Shown here piece by piece: positions 49,660-59,695 of a stretch of 64,000 nt of DNA. The notes beneath the pieces were generated by a model, which was not told the origin of the DNA, did not search any database, and was given only the letters and a program-made list of their open reading frames with translations. Made by a program: the position numbers and the translations under genes. Origin of the DNA: Synechococcus sp. (GTDB lineage: Bacteria > Cyanobacteriota > Cyanobacteriia > PCC-6307 > Cyanobiaceae); the NCBI GenBank assembly GCA_047285305.1, contig JBJBDL010000003.1:1440001-1504000 (forward strand), given 5' to 3'. Positions within the stretch are counted from its first letter, which is position 1. The number at the start of each line of letters is the position of its first letter.

Positions 49660-52600
49660 TCAGACCTGAACCACCTCTGCGTTCTTGGCACGCAGTTCTG
49701 CCTGCCGCTGCGCCTCTGTTTTGCCATCGGCATCGGGAATCTGGGCTGCCATCAGACGCAGCCATTCCATCAGCTGTTCCAGTTGCTTCTCCATGGGGAG
49801 AACACCGAGACCGCGGGCCATCACCTTGTGATGGATTCCGCTGCCGGCCTGATATACCAAACGGCCATGCAGATGCTGAGGCAACCCCTGGCGCAGCAAA
49901 CGGAACGCGGGTTCCTCCATGGGAGTTTCGAGCACGATGTTGGGCTTCTCTGGTTTGATCCTTGAGAATCCGCACCGTTTCGACAGAAGTTTGAGTTCCA
50001 TCAGCTGCAGAAGCGACACCACGGCAGCAGGCAGCGCTCCGTAGCGATCGGCCCAACCCGCAGCCAGCTCCACCAGAGCCTCTGCCGTCAGGCAGTCGGC
50101 GGCAGCCCGGTAAGCCGCGATCTTCTCATCAGGATCAGTGATCCAGTCCGCAGGCACGAAGGCCGTAACGGGGAGGTCTACCTGGGTGTCTTCAACGCTG
50201 GGGATGTCTTGACCCTGAATTTCGGCCAGGGTTTCTTGCAGCATTTCCATGTAGAGGTCAAAGCCGATTGTTTCCATTTGGCCGCTCTGCTGCACGCCGA
50301 GGAGATTGCCGACTCCACGGATCTCCATATCCCGCATGGCAAGCTGATAACCACTGCCCAATTGGGCGAACTCTTGAATGGCGCGCAGCCGCTGACGGGC
50401 GGTGTCGCTCAGCGATGCGTTGCCCGGATAGAACAACCAGGCATGGGCCTGAATCCCACTGCGGCCGACCCGACCACGCAATTGGTACAGCTGGGCCAGG
50501 CCAAAACGGTGGGCGTCCTCAATAAGGATCGTGTTGACGCGAGGAATGTCCAGACCGCTCTCCACAATCGTGGTGCAGAGCATCACGTCGGCTTCGCCGG
50601 CGTTAAACGCAACCATGGCGTTCTCCAGTTCGCCCTCGGCCATCTGACCGTGAGCTACCAAAAGCTTCAGGCCTGGCAGCATCTCCAGTAAGCCTGCAGC
50701 CACCTCTTCGATTCCTTCAACCCGGGGAACCACATAAAACACCTGGCCCCCACGATCCAGTTCCTGGCGGATGGCGCTGCGCACCGCCTCCGGATCCAGA
50801 GAAGCCAGGTGCGTCTTGATCGGACGGCGCAGCGGCGGTGGTGTGGTGATCAGGCTCATCTCCCGCACCCCCGAAAGGCTCATGTAAAGCGTTCTGGGAA
50901 TCGGAGTTGCCGACAGGGTCAGCACGTCCACGTCCTTCCGCAGCACTTTGATCTTTTCCTTCTGGTTCACACCGAAGCGCTGTTCTTCATCCACTACCAA
51001 CAGACCAAGCTCTTGGAATGACGCTCCTTTGCTGAGCAATTGGTGGGTTCCCACCACGGCGTCGATGGTTCCCTGCTTCAGGCCATCGAGAATGGATTTG
51101 CGTTCCGACGCCGTCCGGAAACGATTGAGCAGAGCTACCTTGATCGGATACGGCGCGAAGCGTTCCGAGAGAGTGCGCCAGTGCTGCTGAGCCAACACCG
51201 TTGTCGGGGCCAGCATCGCCACCTGCTTCCCAGCAGTAATGGCTTTGAAGATGGCGCGGATCGCAACTTCGGTCTTGCCGAAGCCAACGTCCCCGCACAC
51301 CAGTCGGTCCATCGGCTCCTGCCGTTCCATGTCCCGTTTCACATCGGCCGTGGCCTTCAGTTGATCCGGCGTCGGGTCATAGGGGAACGACTCCTCCATT
51401 TCTACCTGCCAGGGGCCGTCGGTGGGGAAGGCAAAGCCTGCGGCCTGTTGCCGTTCCGCGTATAGCTTCACCAGATCAAGGGCAACCTTCCGAACCGCTT
51501 TCTTGGCCCTTTCCTTGGCCTTGTTCCAGGCCGTGCCACCCATGCGGTTGAGCTGCGGGGGTGTTTCACTCGTGGCCCGGTAACGCCCAAGGCTTCCGAG
51601 TTGATCGGCGGCAACCCGAAGGATTCCATCCGCGTACTGCACCACGAGGTAGTCGCGGATGTCCCCTGACATCGCAAGTTTTTCCATTGCTTTGAAGCGG
51701 CCAATGCCATGGTTTCGATGCACCACAAAATCGCCCGGGCGCATCTTGTTGGGATCCACCGTGCGGCTTGCGGCCTTGCGACGACGGCGTACGTAGCCAC
51801 TGGAACTGAGGCTCTGCTGACCAAAGAATTCGCGGTCGGTGACCAGGGCAATCCTCCAGGCCGGCAGCTGCAAACCCTCAAGTTCGGCCGTGCCCCTCAC
51901 CTTCAAGGCGACGGGAGTGTTCTGTTCAATCAGACGCGTAATGGCATTGCTGTCTCCCGCGTTCGGTACAAACCGACTAATGCAGTCGTGCTCCTCCAGT
52001 AGAGCAACCGCTCGGCTGGGTTGCGCAGACACCAACCAAACCGCCGTGCGCTCGGTTTGAAATCCCTTGATCAGTTCCCCGAGTCTTCCGAATTGGTTGG
52101 GGTAGGCCGCAACAGGACGGCTGGCGAGGTCGAAGCTGTTGGGATGCTGGTCAACTTCGAGCAGTTCTGCCATGTCGAAGCCATGGAAGACCTCAGTCAG
52201 GGCATAGGCGGCTTCAATCTCACGGTGCAGAACCGCTGGCCAGATCAGATCACGATCGCCCTCGTCCAGACCCGCCTCAGCAGCCATGTCGTGGTGATGT
52301 TCCTCTACGTGACTGAGCCACTGTTGTCCGTGGGCCAAGCCCTGGCGTCGCTCATCGATCACCACTGTTGTGGTGTCCGGCAGGTAGTCGAGAAGCGAGG
52401 CGGGTTGCCCCCAGGAGAGCCCCATCAGCCGGCGAATGCCTTCCGGTGTTCCACCGTTCAAAAGCTGCTCGGTGCCCTTAGCACCGAGCAGTTGCTCAAG
52501 TCCGTCGGGCATCGTCTCCCTGAGCTGGTCCGCTATCAGAGGCCCAAACCCTGTTGGTGTGAGCCGAAGCGCATCGACGGGGTCCAGTGAGCGTTGGCTG

Positions 52601-53238
52601 GCGGGATCGAATTCCCGCAGCTTGTCGAGCTCCTCTCCGAAAAATTCGAGTCGAACAGGCAGCTCACTGCTCACCGGGAAGATGTCGACAATGTCGCCGC
52701 GACGGCTCCAGCTCCCCTCCTGCTCAATGGTGGTGACCCGCTCATAGCCAAGTTGGGCCAGCGTCTCGCCTAGTGCTTCCAGATCAACCTCATCCCCTTT
52801 GCGCAAGGTGCGCGTTTTCGTTTTCAGAACATCCGGCGGGGGGAGATGTGGTTGCAAACAACGTTCCGTGGCCACGATTGCCCAGGACGCCGCTTTGGGT
52901 TCCCCCAGAAGGTCACTCAGAACCTGAAGTTGCCCCCAGGTGATTTCACTTGTGGGATCGAAGGGTTCATAGGGAGAGCCTTCGCTGGTGGGGTACAGGC
53001 TGGCCTGGCTCCACCCCATTAATTCCAAAAGCGCCGTCCAGCGTCCCGCTTCCTCAAGCGTTGGCACAACCACGAGCAGAGGTGCGCCCCGCCGTTGTGA
53101 CAGCGCGCTGGCCACCAGAGCTCGACTGCACCGACCAGCCCCGCGCATCAACAAACGTTCTGGGCGGCTTGAGCGCTCATCAAGCTCACCGGTGAGTGCA
53201 GTTTCCCGCAACTTGGTCACCAGGGAACGGAGCGGCAT
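49660..53238 (-). CDS. mfd: Transcription-repair coupling factor
   Basis: RGDIVDIF, VVHRNHGIG, GDVGFGKTEVA, DEEQRFG, QLRGRVGR, RDMEIRG. Confidence 0.97.
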   Translation of the reverse strand: MPLRSLVTKLRETALTGELDERSSRPERLLMRGAGRCSRALVASALSQRRGAPLLVVVPTLEEAGRWTALLELMGWSQASLYPTSEGSPYEPFDPTSEITWGQLQVLSDLLGEPKAASWAIVATERCLQPHLPPPDVLKTKTRTLRKGDEVDLEALGETLAQLGYERVTTIEQEGSWSRRGDIVDIFPVSSELPVRLEFFGEELDKLREFDPASQRSLDPVDALRLTPTGFGPLIADQLRETMPDGLEQLLGAKGTEQLLNGGTPEGIRRLMGLSWGQPASLLDYLPDTTTVVIDERRQGLAHGQQWLSHVEEHHHDMAAEAGLDEGDRDLIWPAVLHREIEAAYALTEVFHGFDMAELLEVDQHPNSFDLASRPVAAYPNQFGRLGELIKGFQTERTAVWLVSAQPSRAVALLEEHDCISRFVPNAGDSNAITRLIEQNTPVALKVRGTAELEGLQLPAWRIALVTDREFFGQQSLSSSGYVRRRRKAASRTVDPNKMRPGDFVVHRNHGIGRFKAMEKLAMSGDIRDYLVVQYADGILRVAADQLGSLGRYRATSETPPQLNRMGGTAWNKAKERAKKAVRKVALDLVKLYAERQQAAGFAFPTDGPWQVEMEESFPYDPTPDQLKATADVKRDMERQEPMDRLVCGDVGFGKTEVAIRAIFKAITAGKQVAMLAPTTVLAQQHWRTLSERFAPYPIKVALLNRFRTASERKSILDGLKQGTIDAVVGTHQLLSKGASFQELGLLVVDEEQRFGVNQKEKIKVLRKDVDVLTLSATPIPRTLYMSLSGVREMSLITTPPPLRRPIKTHLASLDPEAVRSAIRQELDRGGQVFYVVPRVEGIEEVAAGLLEMLPGLKLLVAHGQMAEGELENAMVAFNAGEADVMLCTTIVESGLDIPRVNTILIEDAHRFGLAQLYQLRGRVGRSGIQAHAWLFYPGNASLSDTARQRLRAIQEFAQLGSGYQLAMRDMEIRGVGNLLGVQQSGQMETIGFDLYMEMLQETLAEIQGQDIPSVEDTQVDLPVTAFVPADWITDPDEKIAAYRAAADCLTAEALVELAAGWADRYGALPAAVVSLLQLMELKLLSKRCGFSRIKPEKPNIVLETPMEEPAFRLLRQGLPQHLHGRLVYQAGSGIHHKVMARGLGVLPMEKQLEQLMEWLRLMAAQIPDADGKTEAQRQAELRAKNAEVVQV

Positions 53239-53579
53239 AAAGCAGGCCTCGGCAATCCATGATCTTCGCAATAAGGTGCCAGCAGCTGCGTTTCACCGGT
53301 CGATACCTTGCTAGCGCTGCCTGTCCTTCTTTTGCGGCGCGGCCTTCGTGTTGCATCCACCCAAGGGGGTTGTTCCGCTTTGCCCCATCTGCGCAACATC
53401 GTTGGAGCGTCCGACCCTTGTCCGGCCCATTCCCCTGCAGCTGTTGCTGACTGTGGGCAGCGTGCTGGTTGCTTCCTCGATCCCCATCCTGTTCCCCTTC
53501 GAACCAGCTCCCAACTCAAGGCGCGAAAAACTGGCCTAAGGCGGGTTTTTCGGTTGAATACAGGGGTATTGGTGCCTTC

Positions 53580-53714
53580 ATGACCCTCGGCCGTTTTCTG
53601 ATTTTCTTTGTGATCGGGCTTGTGCTCGCCCTCACCATTCCTCAGTTGACCTGGTTGCTTTGGCCCCTGGCAGCTTCAGCGCTTTTTGTTGTTGTTCAAC
53701 TGATCCGTTCCTGA
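53580..53714 (+). CDS. Small membrane protein (44 aa)
   Basis: MTLGRFLIFFVIGLVLALTIPQLTWLLWPLAASALFVVVQLIRS. Confidence 0.55.
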   Translation: MTLGRFLIFFVIGLVLALTIPQLTWLLWPLAASALFVVVQLIRS

Positions 53715-53744
53715 ATTCCGCTGCGTTTAAGGCCGATCCGGAAC

Positions 53745-54251
53745 TCAAGACAACCAGCAGGCATCCACAGAAAAGGTGAGCACGTCGTGGGCATCACGAT
53801 GCTCTCCCGACGTAATGGCAACACAAGCCAGCTGACCATCGTCAAAACAGTTTTTCGATTTGAGCACAAATTTGGCGGCGTCAGTGAGGGACCAGACCGC
53901 TAGACCCTGCTGTTGGGCTTCGTCGTTGTAGATGTCCCAGAGCTCGGAGAAGCGTTCTGCTTCGGGACCCTGCAGAAATTCATCGAGGGCTTCATCAGCA
54001 CCAACTTCACGGAAGCGATCCAGAAAAGACCGCATTAAGGGATCATCGATCACGTTGCTAGTGGCGATGGCGCCAGTGATGCCACGCACCGAGGTTCGAA
54101 CAACTCGGTTGGGTTCGGTTCGGGCATCAATGATGACGACGGGGCATTGGAGATCCCAAGTGCTGCGATTTCTAAGTTCACGGCCCGCCTCGGACATGTC
54201 ATCCCGAAGCTCATTGATCAGCTGCCGTACAACAAGTGTCTGGTCATCCAT
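53745..54251 (-). CDS. Hypothetical protein
   Basis: 168-aa ORF with protein-like composition and an RBS-like AAGG upstream. Confidence 0.7.
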   Translation of the reverse strand: MDDQTLVVRQLINELRDDMSEAGRELRNRSTWDLQCPVVIIDARTEPNRVVRTSVRGITGAIATSNVIDDPLMRSFLDRFREVGADEALDEFLQGPEAERFSELWDIYNDEAQQQGLAVWSLTDAAKFVLKSKNCFDDGQLACVAITSGEHRDAHDVLTFSVDACWLS

Positions 54252-54429
54252 AACTAACCTTATCGCAAGTGCAGCTGGTGAATTTGGCGGGTTAAAGATT
54301 CAAAATGTTGAGATCCTAAGGCAACTCTTGTGGCCTACAGGATTATCGGGGCACTGTTTCTGCGGGCTTGCAATATCAGGTGAGACCATCGGCCCGATCG
54401 AGCTGCCGTTAACCACTCGAGTTCCTTTT

Positions 54430-54687
54430 ATGCCTTCAGTCACTGAGTTGTGGCGTCCCTTTGCCGGCCTTGCTGGTCTAACGCTGCTGTTGCTCGGTCA
54501 CACCACGGCAGCTCGATCCGGTGCATGCCAAAGGTATAGGCAGCATTCAATCTTGAAGCGGGAATGCGGGCTGGATTAACCCTGAAACAGGCCAAAGCAA
54601 GCTTTCTTGAAGATGGCAATACAGATGGGTCTGCTGCCTGCTTTGCAGCCATCAAGAATGAAATCAACCAGATGCCCTATGCCTGAA
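54430..54687 (+). pseudogene. Frameshifted secreted hypothetical protein
   Basis: Signal-like MPSVTELWRPFAGLAGLTLLLLG...GACQRY continues in another frame as AAFNLEAGMRAGL...SAACFAAIKNEINQMPYA. Confidence 0.4.
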
Positions 54688-54838
54688 TCAAGCTCTCTAC
54701 AAAAGAACGCGCCGCTAGAGAGCACGCATAAGTGAGCTTTCTATTGCAAAAGCATGCTGTACAATTGCCGCAGCGGAAGCGAAGTCCATCACAACGGCAA
54801 TATCTCCAAAGACAGCAAATCAAAAATCTCATTATTTG

Positions 54839-55030
54839 ATGAAGGCTGCGAAGTACTACTCACGAGCCCAGCAATTGATCGAAGTCGATCAAGACTGGCA
54901 GGCTTCGGGCTCAATGATCCTCAAAGCACTTGCCGAGGAGAGGAAGTCTGAAAATACTGGTCTTCAGGTGATGAATGTGATCAAGTACCAAAAACCCAAA
55001 ACCAAGCTGGAGTTCAACTTCCGCAGTTGA
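54839..55030 (+). CDS. Small hypothetical protein
   Basis: MKAAKYYSRAQQLIEVDQDWQASGSMILKALAEERKS...; helical and protein-like. Confidence 0.55.
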   Translation: MKAAKYYSRAQQLIEVDQDWQASGSMILKALAEERKSENTGLQVMNVIKYQKPKTKLEFNFRS

Positions 55031-55877
55031 GTTAGCAGCTCAGCCACCCTTACCTTCAGAGCTCTGATCTCGTTGGTGCCCAATAGGGGCCACTCCCCCC
55101 TATAGACAAGAAGCGTAGGAAACGACCGGGTTGCGCAGAGTGTGTAGACGATTCACCCTGCCGCAATCGGCATGGACGCCGTATCAGTCCCTGCCGCAAA
55201 CCAGTTGTAAGCCACTAGCTCTGACCATCCCTGAGTGTTAGCGCTTATTTGGCATGGCTGAGCGTCTGCTCTTCCTGCAGCATATTTTTACTTATAATAC
55301 AGTTACTGCATTAATTATTGGGCTAAATACAATTCTGTGCGCGCATAATTGTGCGCAAAGCCTCTTCTGGTCCATGCACAGGCGGCAATAACAAAGGGGG
55401 TAGGCCCCTCAGCCATCTCCCTTCAAAAAAGGTTGGAAGTATTTAAGGCACCACTGCCACGCCTTGGGAGATGAAATCGAAAGGGTCCCCTCGTTCGCGT
55501 CCCCCTCATTATTTAGCGCACAGGCGGGGGGCAGCGCCTCCAGCCGTGTTTTTCTCTTGGCAACAAATAGGTAAGGTTGGTATTAATTCACGCTGAATAG
55601 ACTGCTGATACTGGCGTATTTCAGGTGAGTCCCGTTCTGGATGACTCCTGGCGGGACGCGGGCCCATGTCAGCGGCAACTGCTGGGTCCGTTTCCTAGCG
55701 AAAAACGATTACTCTTCAGCGCACGGTGTACAGCCTCCCCAGCCCGTCTTCCGCATCGTCTCCCACCTACCCCCGCCCCTCAAGGAGTTGCGCCGAAGCA
55801 ACCGCCTACAAGGCAGCCAACGCGGCCTGAGCAAAACAGAAGGCCCTTAGGCCCGCGACATTAAGTGATGGAGTTCT

Positions 55878-56027
55878 TTAAGCAGCCTCTGCTTCAATGC
55901 TGTCTATGGATGCCTGTGCGTCTTTTAAGACTTGATCAGCCTTCTGCATCAACTTGTAGCAAGTGTTTTTGTCTGCGGCAGTATATGCAGCTTCCATCAA
56001 GAGGAGGTACTTTTCTTCTGGAGACAT
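55878..56027 (-). CDS. Small helical hypothetical protein (49 aa)
   Basis: MSPEEKYLLLMEAAYTAADKNTCYKLMQKADQVLKDA... Confidence 0.55.
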   Translation of the reverse strand: MSPEEKYLLLMEAAYTAADKNTCYKLMQKADQVLKDAQASIDSIEAEAA

Positions 56028-56119
56028 CTGCCATCCGTGATTCACCCGATAGTGCCACAATCCTGGGGTTCCGCAGTGGCCAACAATGCTTAATCCTTGG
56101 CCATCAAATGTATAAATCG

Positions 56120-56290
56120 CTACCCCGGTAAAACACTTGAAACCTGCAGGCTCTTAAGGCAGCACTCTGCATCCCAGCGGTCAGAAAATTCCAAGCACAG
56201 CCCACTCGATACGCACACAACAAAGCGCTTGTCACCAAGCTGATGCACCATCGGTGGAGGCCGAGAAATCTTACTGAACTCTTGGATCAT
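56120..56290 (-). CDS. Small protein (56 aa) with VC-x5-C-x6-WxA motif
   Basis: Manual translation MIQEFSKISRPPPMVHQLGDKRFVVCVSSGLCLEFSDRWDAECCLKSLQVSSVLPG; AGAGGA RBS upstream. Confidence 0.55.
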   Translation of the reverse strand: MIQEFSKISRPPPMVHQLGDKRFVVCVSSGLCLEFSDRWDAECCLKSLQVSSVLPG

Positions 56291-57050
56291 CTCTCTTCCT
56301 CTTTGTTTAAGTGTCGGCTAACAACCTGTTTTTAATTGCATCAAGTGTCACACATCACACATGGCGGAATCCTCAGTAGATGTGTATTACCCAGACATCA
56401 TGGACACAGAATTACTCCTAGAATCCTCTCGGTTACACGCTGATTCGCCTTGCTACTGAAGTGGTGACCATCATCACGCCTACGGGTTACTCGACTCAGA
56501 TTCGATTGAAGCTATTGCCCAGCTTTGCCCCCTACTTGCGGTGATTCACAAGATCCTCATCATCTTGATGCGGCGCAGCACCCCTTCTATCTGTATGGCT
56601 GACTTCCAATAGCCTTAGCCCAAGCAATGATGTGGGGCGACGGAACAGCGAGGAGAACAGCGTTCCCCCGAGCGATACGGTTGTCGTTCCACAAAGTGGA
56701 CGAGGCTTAAGCGCTTAGACGCGATGCCCCGAATCTTTCTAGTTATCTAAAGACGGCGTTAAGCGCACAAAGCCAGCCCCATCACGCTTACCGAGTACTG
56801 GGACTGGATTGTCTGCCAGCTAACGGGTTGCTCTCCCGTGCTGCTGCGATGCCTCACTCAGCCGTAAGAGGAGGTGTCGCAAAACCACTAATAGAGACTC
56901 TCCAGAGGTACCGCACGCCATTTTTTTTAGAGACCTTTGGGATCAAGAATTTCTTCAGCGAATCTCTATTACGCTGGTATCACCGACTACTAGAAAGAAG
57001 CTGGTTGATCACAACCGAAGTTTCATGAACCGCTAGCCCCGTTGTGAAAA

Positions 57051-57120
57051 CGAATGTTGTAAGGAAGAATTCTTCCGGCCCTCGAAAACCCCGTTGTTAG
57101 GGAGGAGGCCCTTGTGGTTC
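57051..57120 (-). repeat. Dispersed 70-bp repeat, copy 1 (degenerate bulged hairpin)
   Basis: cgaatgttgtaaggaagaattcttccggccctcgaaaaccccgttgttagggaggaggcc aligns with 59696-59765. Confidence 0.8.
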
Positions 57121-57126
57121 AGGGCA

Positions 57127-57300
57127 CTAACTCCATTCCGCTGGATAGAGCCGTGTTTTAGTAGCGCTGAGGCCGCGGTTGTCCGCAACTAGGTGCTGTG
57201 CAGCCCACATTCCTCTGACGACGCGGCAGACGTCTTCTTGGTCGCAGACCCTGTAGTACTAGAAGCCCTGTGGTGCGTAGGTGAGTTTGGTCGCTTTCAT
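57127..57300 (-). pseudogene. Small VC-x5-C-x6-WxA protein with in-frame TAG at 57259-57261
   Basis: MKATKLTYAPQGF*YYRVCDQEDVCRVVRGMWAAQHLVADNRG... Confidence 0.55.
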
Positions 57301-57432
57301 GTTCTTTATCCCTGCTATTCCATTGAGTAGGCAGCAGGGCTGGCTCTGGCTGAGTAGCTCGAGACAGAACGTTCCAGTCGTTACAAATCCTTGGCTGTCT
57401 TAACGACAGCGCCTGGAGGCAGCTATGCGTAG

Positions 57433-57525
57433 TTAAGCCGTTGCTTTAACAACGAAGACCATGACAAGGAATGCAATCGCGACAGTGCCACCGAAGTAAG
57501 CAACGTTCGTATGGAGTCCTTTCAT
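57433..57525 (-). CDS. Very small single-TM protein (30 aa)
   Basis: MKGLHTNVAYFGGTVAIAFLVMVFVVKATA. Confidence 0.4.
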   Translation of the reverse strand: MKGLHTNVAYFGGTVAIAFLVMVFVVKATA

Positions 57526-57697
57526 GCTGGATCTGAAGGTCGCATAAGTCTGATGTTTTTTCTCTGGCCGATGGCTAAGGCTTAATACCTAAATCCCCGC
57601 CAAAGCGATGGACCGATCTTCATCAGAGGGAGGCAACCTGCCCTGGGGGTGTATCAGTAGTAATTAAGGAGATTCACTTCTCCCCCGCCAGTAAGGG

Positions 57698-57916
57698 GTG
57701 GCGATGGTCCACTGTGGAGAGGCCCTTTGGTCCGAGGACCCAGCGAGAGAACTCAACAACCAAATCTCGGAACTTCAAGCCCGAGTCGCCTTCCCACAGC
57801 ACTGGAGCAGCGGTGAGCATGAGCAGCACATCGAAAAGCTCCGTCAGCTCACCTACAAAAAAAGCCGTCTGACTGATCGATCAGGCTCCTCTCCTAAGGA
57901 GCGAACTCATCACTGA
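57698..57916 (+). CDS. Small hypothetical protein
   Basis: ELNNQISELQARVAFPQHWSSGEHEQHIEKLRQL; helical hairpin pattern, GGGG RBS-like sequence. Confidence 0.55.
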   Translation: MAMVHCGEALWSEDPARELNNQISELQARVAFPQHWSSGEHEQHIEKLRQLTYKKSRLTDRSGSSPKERTHH

Positions 57917-58160
57917 AGAACTCTCCTACAAGTCAGTTGGTGCATGGCTTGCTAATGAGCCACAGCAGCTTTACTACCAATTCATCTCTTCCAAGGATGG
58001 CTCTCAAGGCGAGTCGATCGTCATGCGTAGCTTCCATTGGCGACCCCCTGACGACCCGATCCCTCAAGGGAGTCAACTGATGACACGACAAGAGGCGCTG
58101 GAGAAATGGAATGCACTCAAGTCAATGGGTTGGAGGAGATGCACCGGTCCACTTCGATAG
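57873..58160 (+). CDS. DUF1651-like protein (start uncertain, possibly damaged)
   Basis: Open frame GAWLANEPQQLYYQF...RQEALEKWNALKSMGWRRCTGPLR; A..W..L...GW C-terminal pattern. Confidence 0.6.
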   Translation: MIDQAPLLRSELITEELSYKSVGAWLANEPQQLYYQFISSKDGSQGESIVMRSFHWRPPDDPIPQGSQLMTRQEALEKWNALKSMGWRRCTGPLR

Positions 58161-58237
58161 GGCAGTCAACGAGATGTCCAAGTCCGTGAAGGCAGTTGGT
58201 AACCAAAGCAAAACCAGCAGTAGTCCAGAGTGCTGTC

Positions 58238-58462
58238 ATGAAACAGCCGAACACTCAGCGACTCCGCGCTCTGCGGCTCTCAGCACTCGCGAGGGACAAC
58301 AAGGTTGTCAATGCCATTCGCTCCTCGATCACTCAGGCCCCTGATGCTCTGGTTAAGGAGTTGATGGATGTTCATGGGTGGCCTGCGCATGAAGCTCTCT
58401 GTGCAGTTCAGCAGCTTCAGAAAGATGTCCTCGATGACACGACAGAACAGGTATCTGCGTGA
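58238..58462 (+). CDS. Small hypothetical protein
   Basis: MKQPNTQRLRALRLSALARD...ELMDVHGWPAHEALCAVQQLQ. Confidence 0.55.
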   Translation: MKQPNTQRLRALRLSALARDNKVVNAIRSSITQAPDALVKELMDVHGWPAHEALCAVQQLQKDVLDDTTEQVSA

Positions 58463-58474
58463 AGAAATCGTTCG

Positions 58475-58849
58475 CTACGGCCAATATTTGGGTGGCTGAT
58501 TGGTGTCCCAGTCAGCTCTTGCCATTGCTTGAAGTGAGGGCTCACTGGCATTCGATGCACGCACGATTCGTATGTCTAAGTTGCGAGAGTCGTCCTCTTC
58601 AGGGACATGGGATTCGACGGAGTAGACAAGACAGATCGTTTCATCATTGCCGCCAGGCGACGTGCCGAAGCTGCATTGCATGAAACGTCTCCAAAGCTGA
58701 CGGCACTTGAGAAAGCGATGTGGCTCAAGTTGAAGCGAGGTGAACGCCCCTGCAAAAACAGCAAGGCTTCCTAGGGAACTGCTCACCTGCACTTCAACAA
58801 ACGAGGATTCCGCCCCTCCCAGGTGGAAGATACGGCCTAACTCGCTCAT
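58475..58849 (-). CDS. Hypothetical protein, possibly decayed
   Basis: 124-aa ATG ORF convergent with the preceding gene. Confidence 0.35.
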   Translation of the reverse strand: MSELGRIFHLGGAESSFVEVQVSSSLGSLAVFAGAFTSLQLEPHRFLKCRQLWRRFMQCSFGTSPGGNDETICLVYSVESHVPEEDDSRNLDIRIVRASNASEPSLQAMARADWDTNQPPKYWP

Positions 58850-59411
58850 TTATGCATTCCATTCGACTTAATCAGTACGTGTTGCCTCTGGGGATCTCTT
58901 TGGCAATGGCAAGAAAAGAGGAAGGTCGAGGCGTCTGGCCTGTGGCAACCCTTGAGCCCTTGGGTCCAGGCGTGAAGCGGGACTCCTACGGGGCACCTAA
59001 ACCGACGGTGCAGAGGAGTGTTGTCTGATCAGACGTACATCAGTGTCGTCAAAGACGAAGTGCTCACGGTTGGGTTTAACAGTTGGAGCAGGGGCCAGAA
59101 ACGTCAGGCTGCTTCGATATTTGCTGTGGTGGATTATCGGCCATCTTTGGCTCCGCCGATCTCGATGGACAAACTCACAGCAGCCGTGGAGCACTCGGCA
59201 ATCAGCTGTCGTGCTCATTGCCTTCTTGGGGCAAATCGGTCGATTGAGTAACCGATATGCCGTGTGCTGGGACCAATGCGATGAGCAAGTTGTGCTCGGA
59301 CGGCCACACCTGATACAAGTCTTGTGTTGAGACCCTGACAAGATTTGTGTGTTTTTGATCCCGCAACAGAAAAAGGATCCCAAATTCAGTTGACCCAATA
59401 AAGAGGGTCCC

Positions 59412-59585
59412 ATGTACGAAGGTTTCAAGAAGTCTGTCGATTGCACCCTGAATACCTGCATGAAGTGGGGCGAAGACGGAACCCTGTCTCCCCACGACCA
59501 AGACGGCTTGATGAGGCATCTCTGCTCAACCGATCCAGCCTTGGCTGCCAGCGAGGCTTGCGAGATTTACAAAAACGACAGCTAA
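59412..59585 (+). CDS. Small Cys-containing protein (57 aa), paralog of 60225..60404
   Basis: Manual translation MYEGFKKSVDCTLNTCMKWGEDGTLSPHDQDGLMRHLCSTDPALAASEACEIYKNDS; AAGAGGG RBS; terminator downstream. Confidence 0.7.
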   Translation: MYEGFKKSVDCTLNTCMKWGEDGTLSPHDQDGLMRHLCSTDPALAASEACEIYKNDS

Positions 59586-59609
59586 GTGTTCAGGGCTTTT
59601 GCTCTCTTC

Positions 59610-59638
59610 TCCTCTGTTACCTGCAGGGGTTTCTTTTT
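59610..59638 (+). terminator. Rho-independent terminator
   Basis: cctctg-ttacctg-cagggg followed by tttcttttt. Confidence 0.55.
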
Positions 59639-59695
59639 ACCTGTTCTTCAGCGCTGAGGTGCTGGAGCCTGGCTCTTGGCTACGGCTGCAGTGGG

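Noticed and set aside
53308..53539. Zinc-ribbon/TM ORF divergent from mfd (CPIC motif)
   Set aside because: Probably a damaged small gene (in-frame TAG at 53312, first Cys pair unclear); not enough support for a call.
56711..57440. Integron attC sites (GTTAAGC cores near 56758 and 57432 with imperfect inverted repeats)
   Set aside because: No proper RYYYAAC partner, no regular cassette organisation and no integron integrase in the window; IntegronFinder would settle it.
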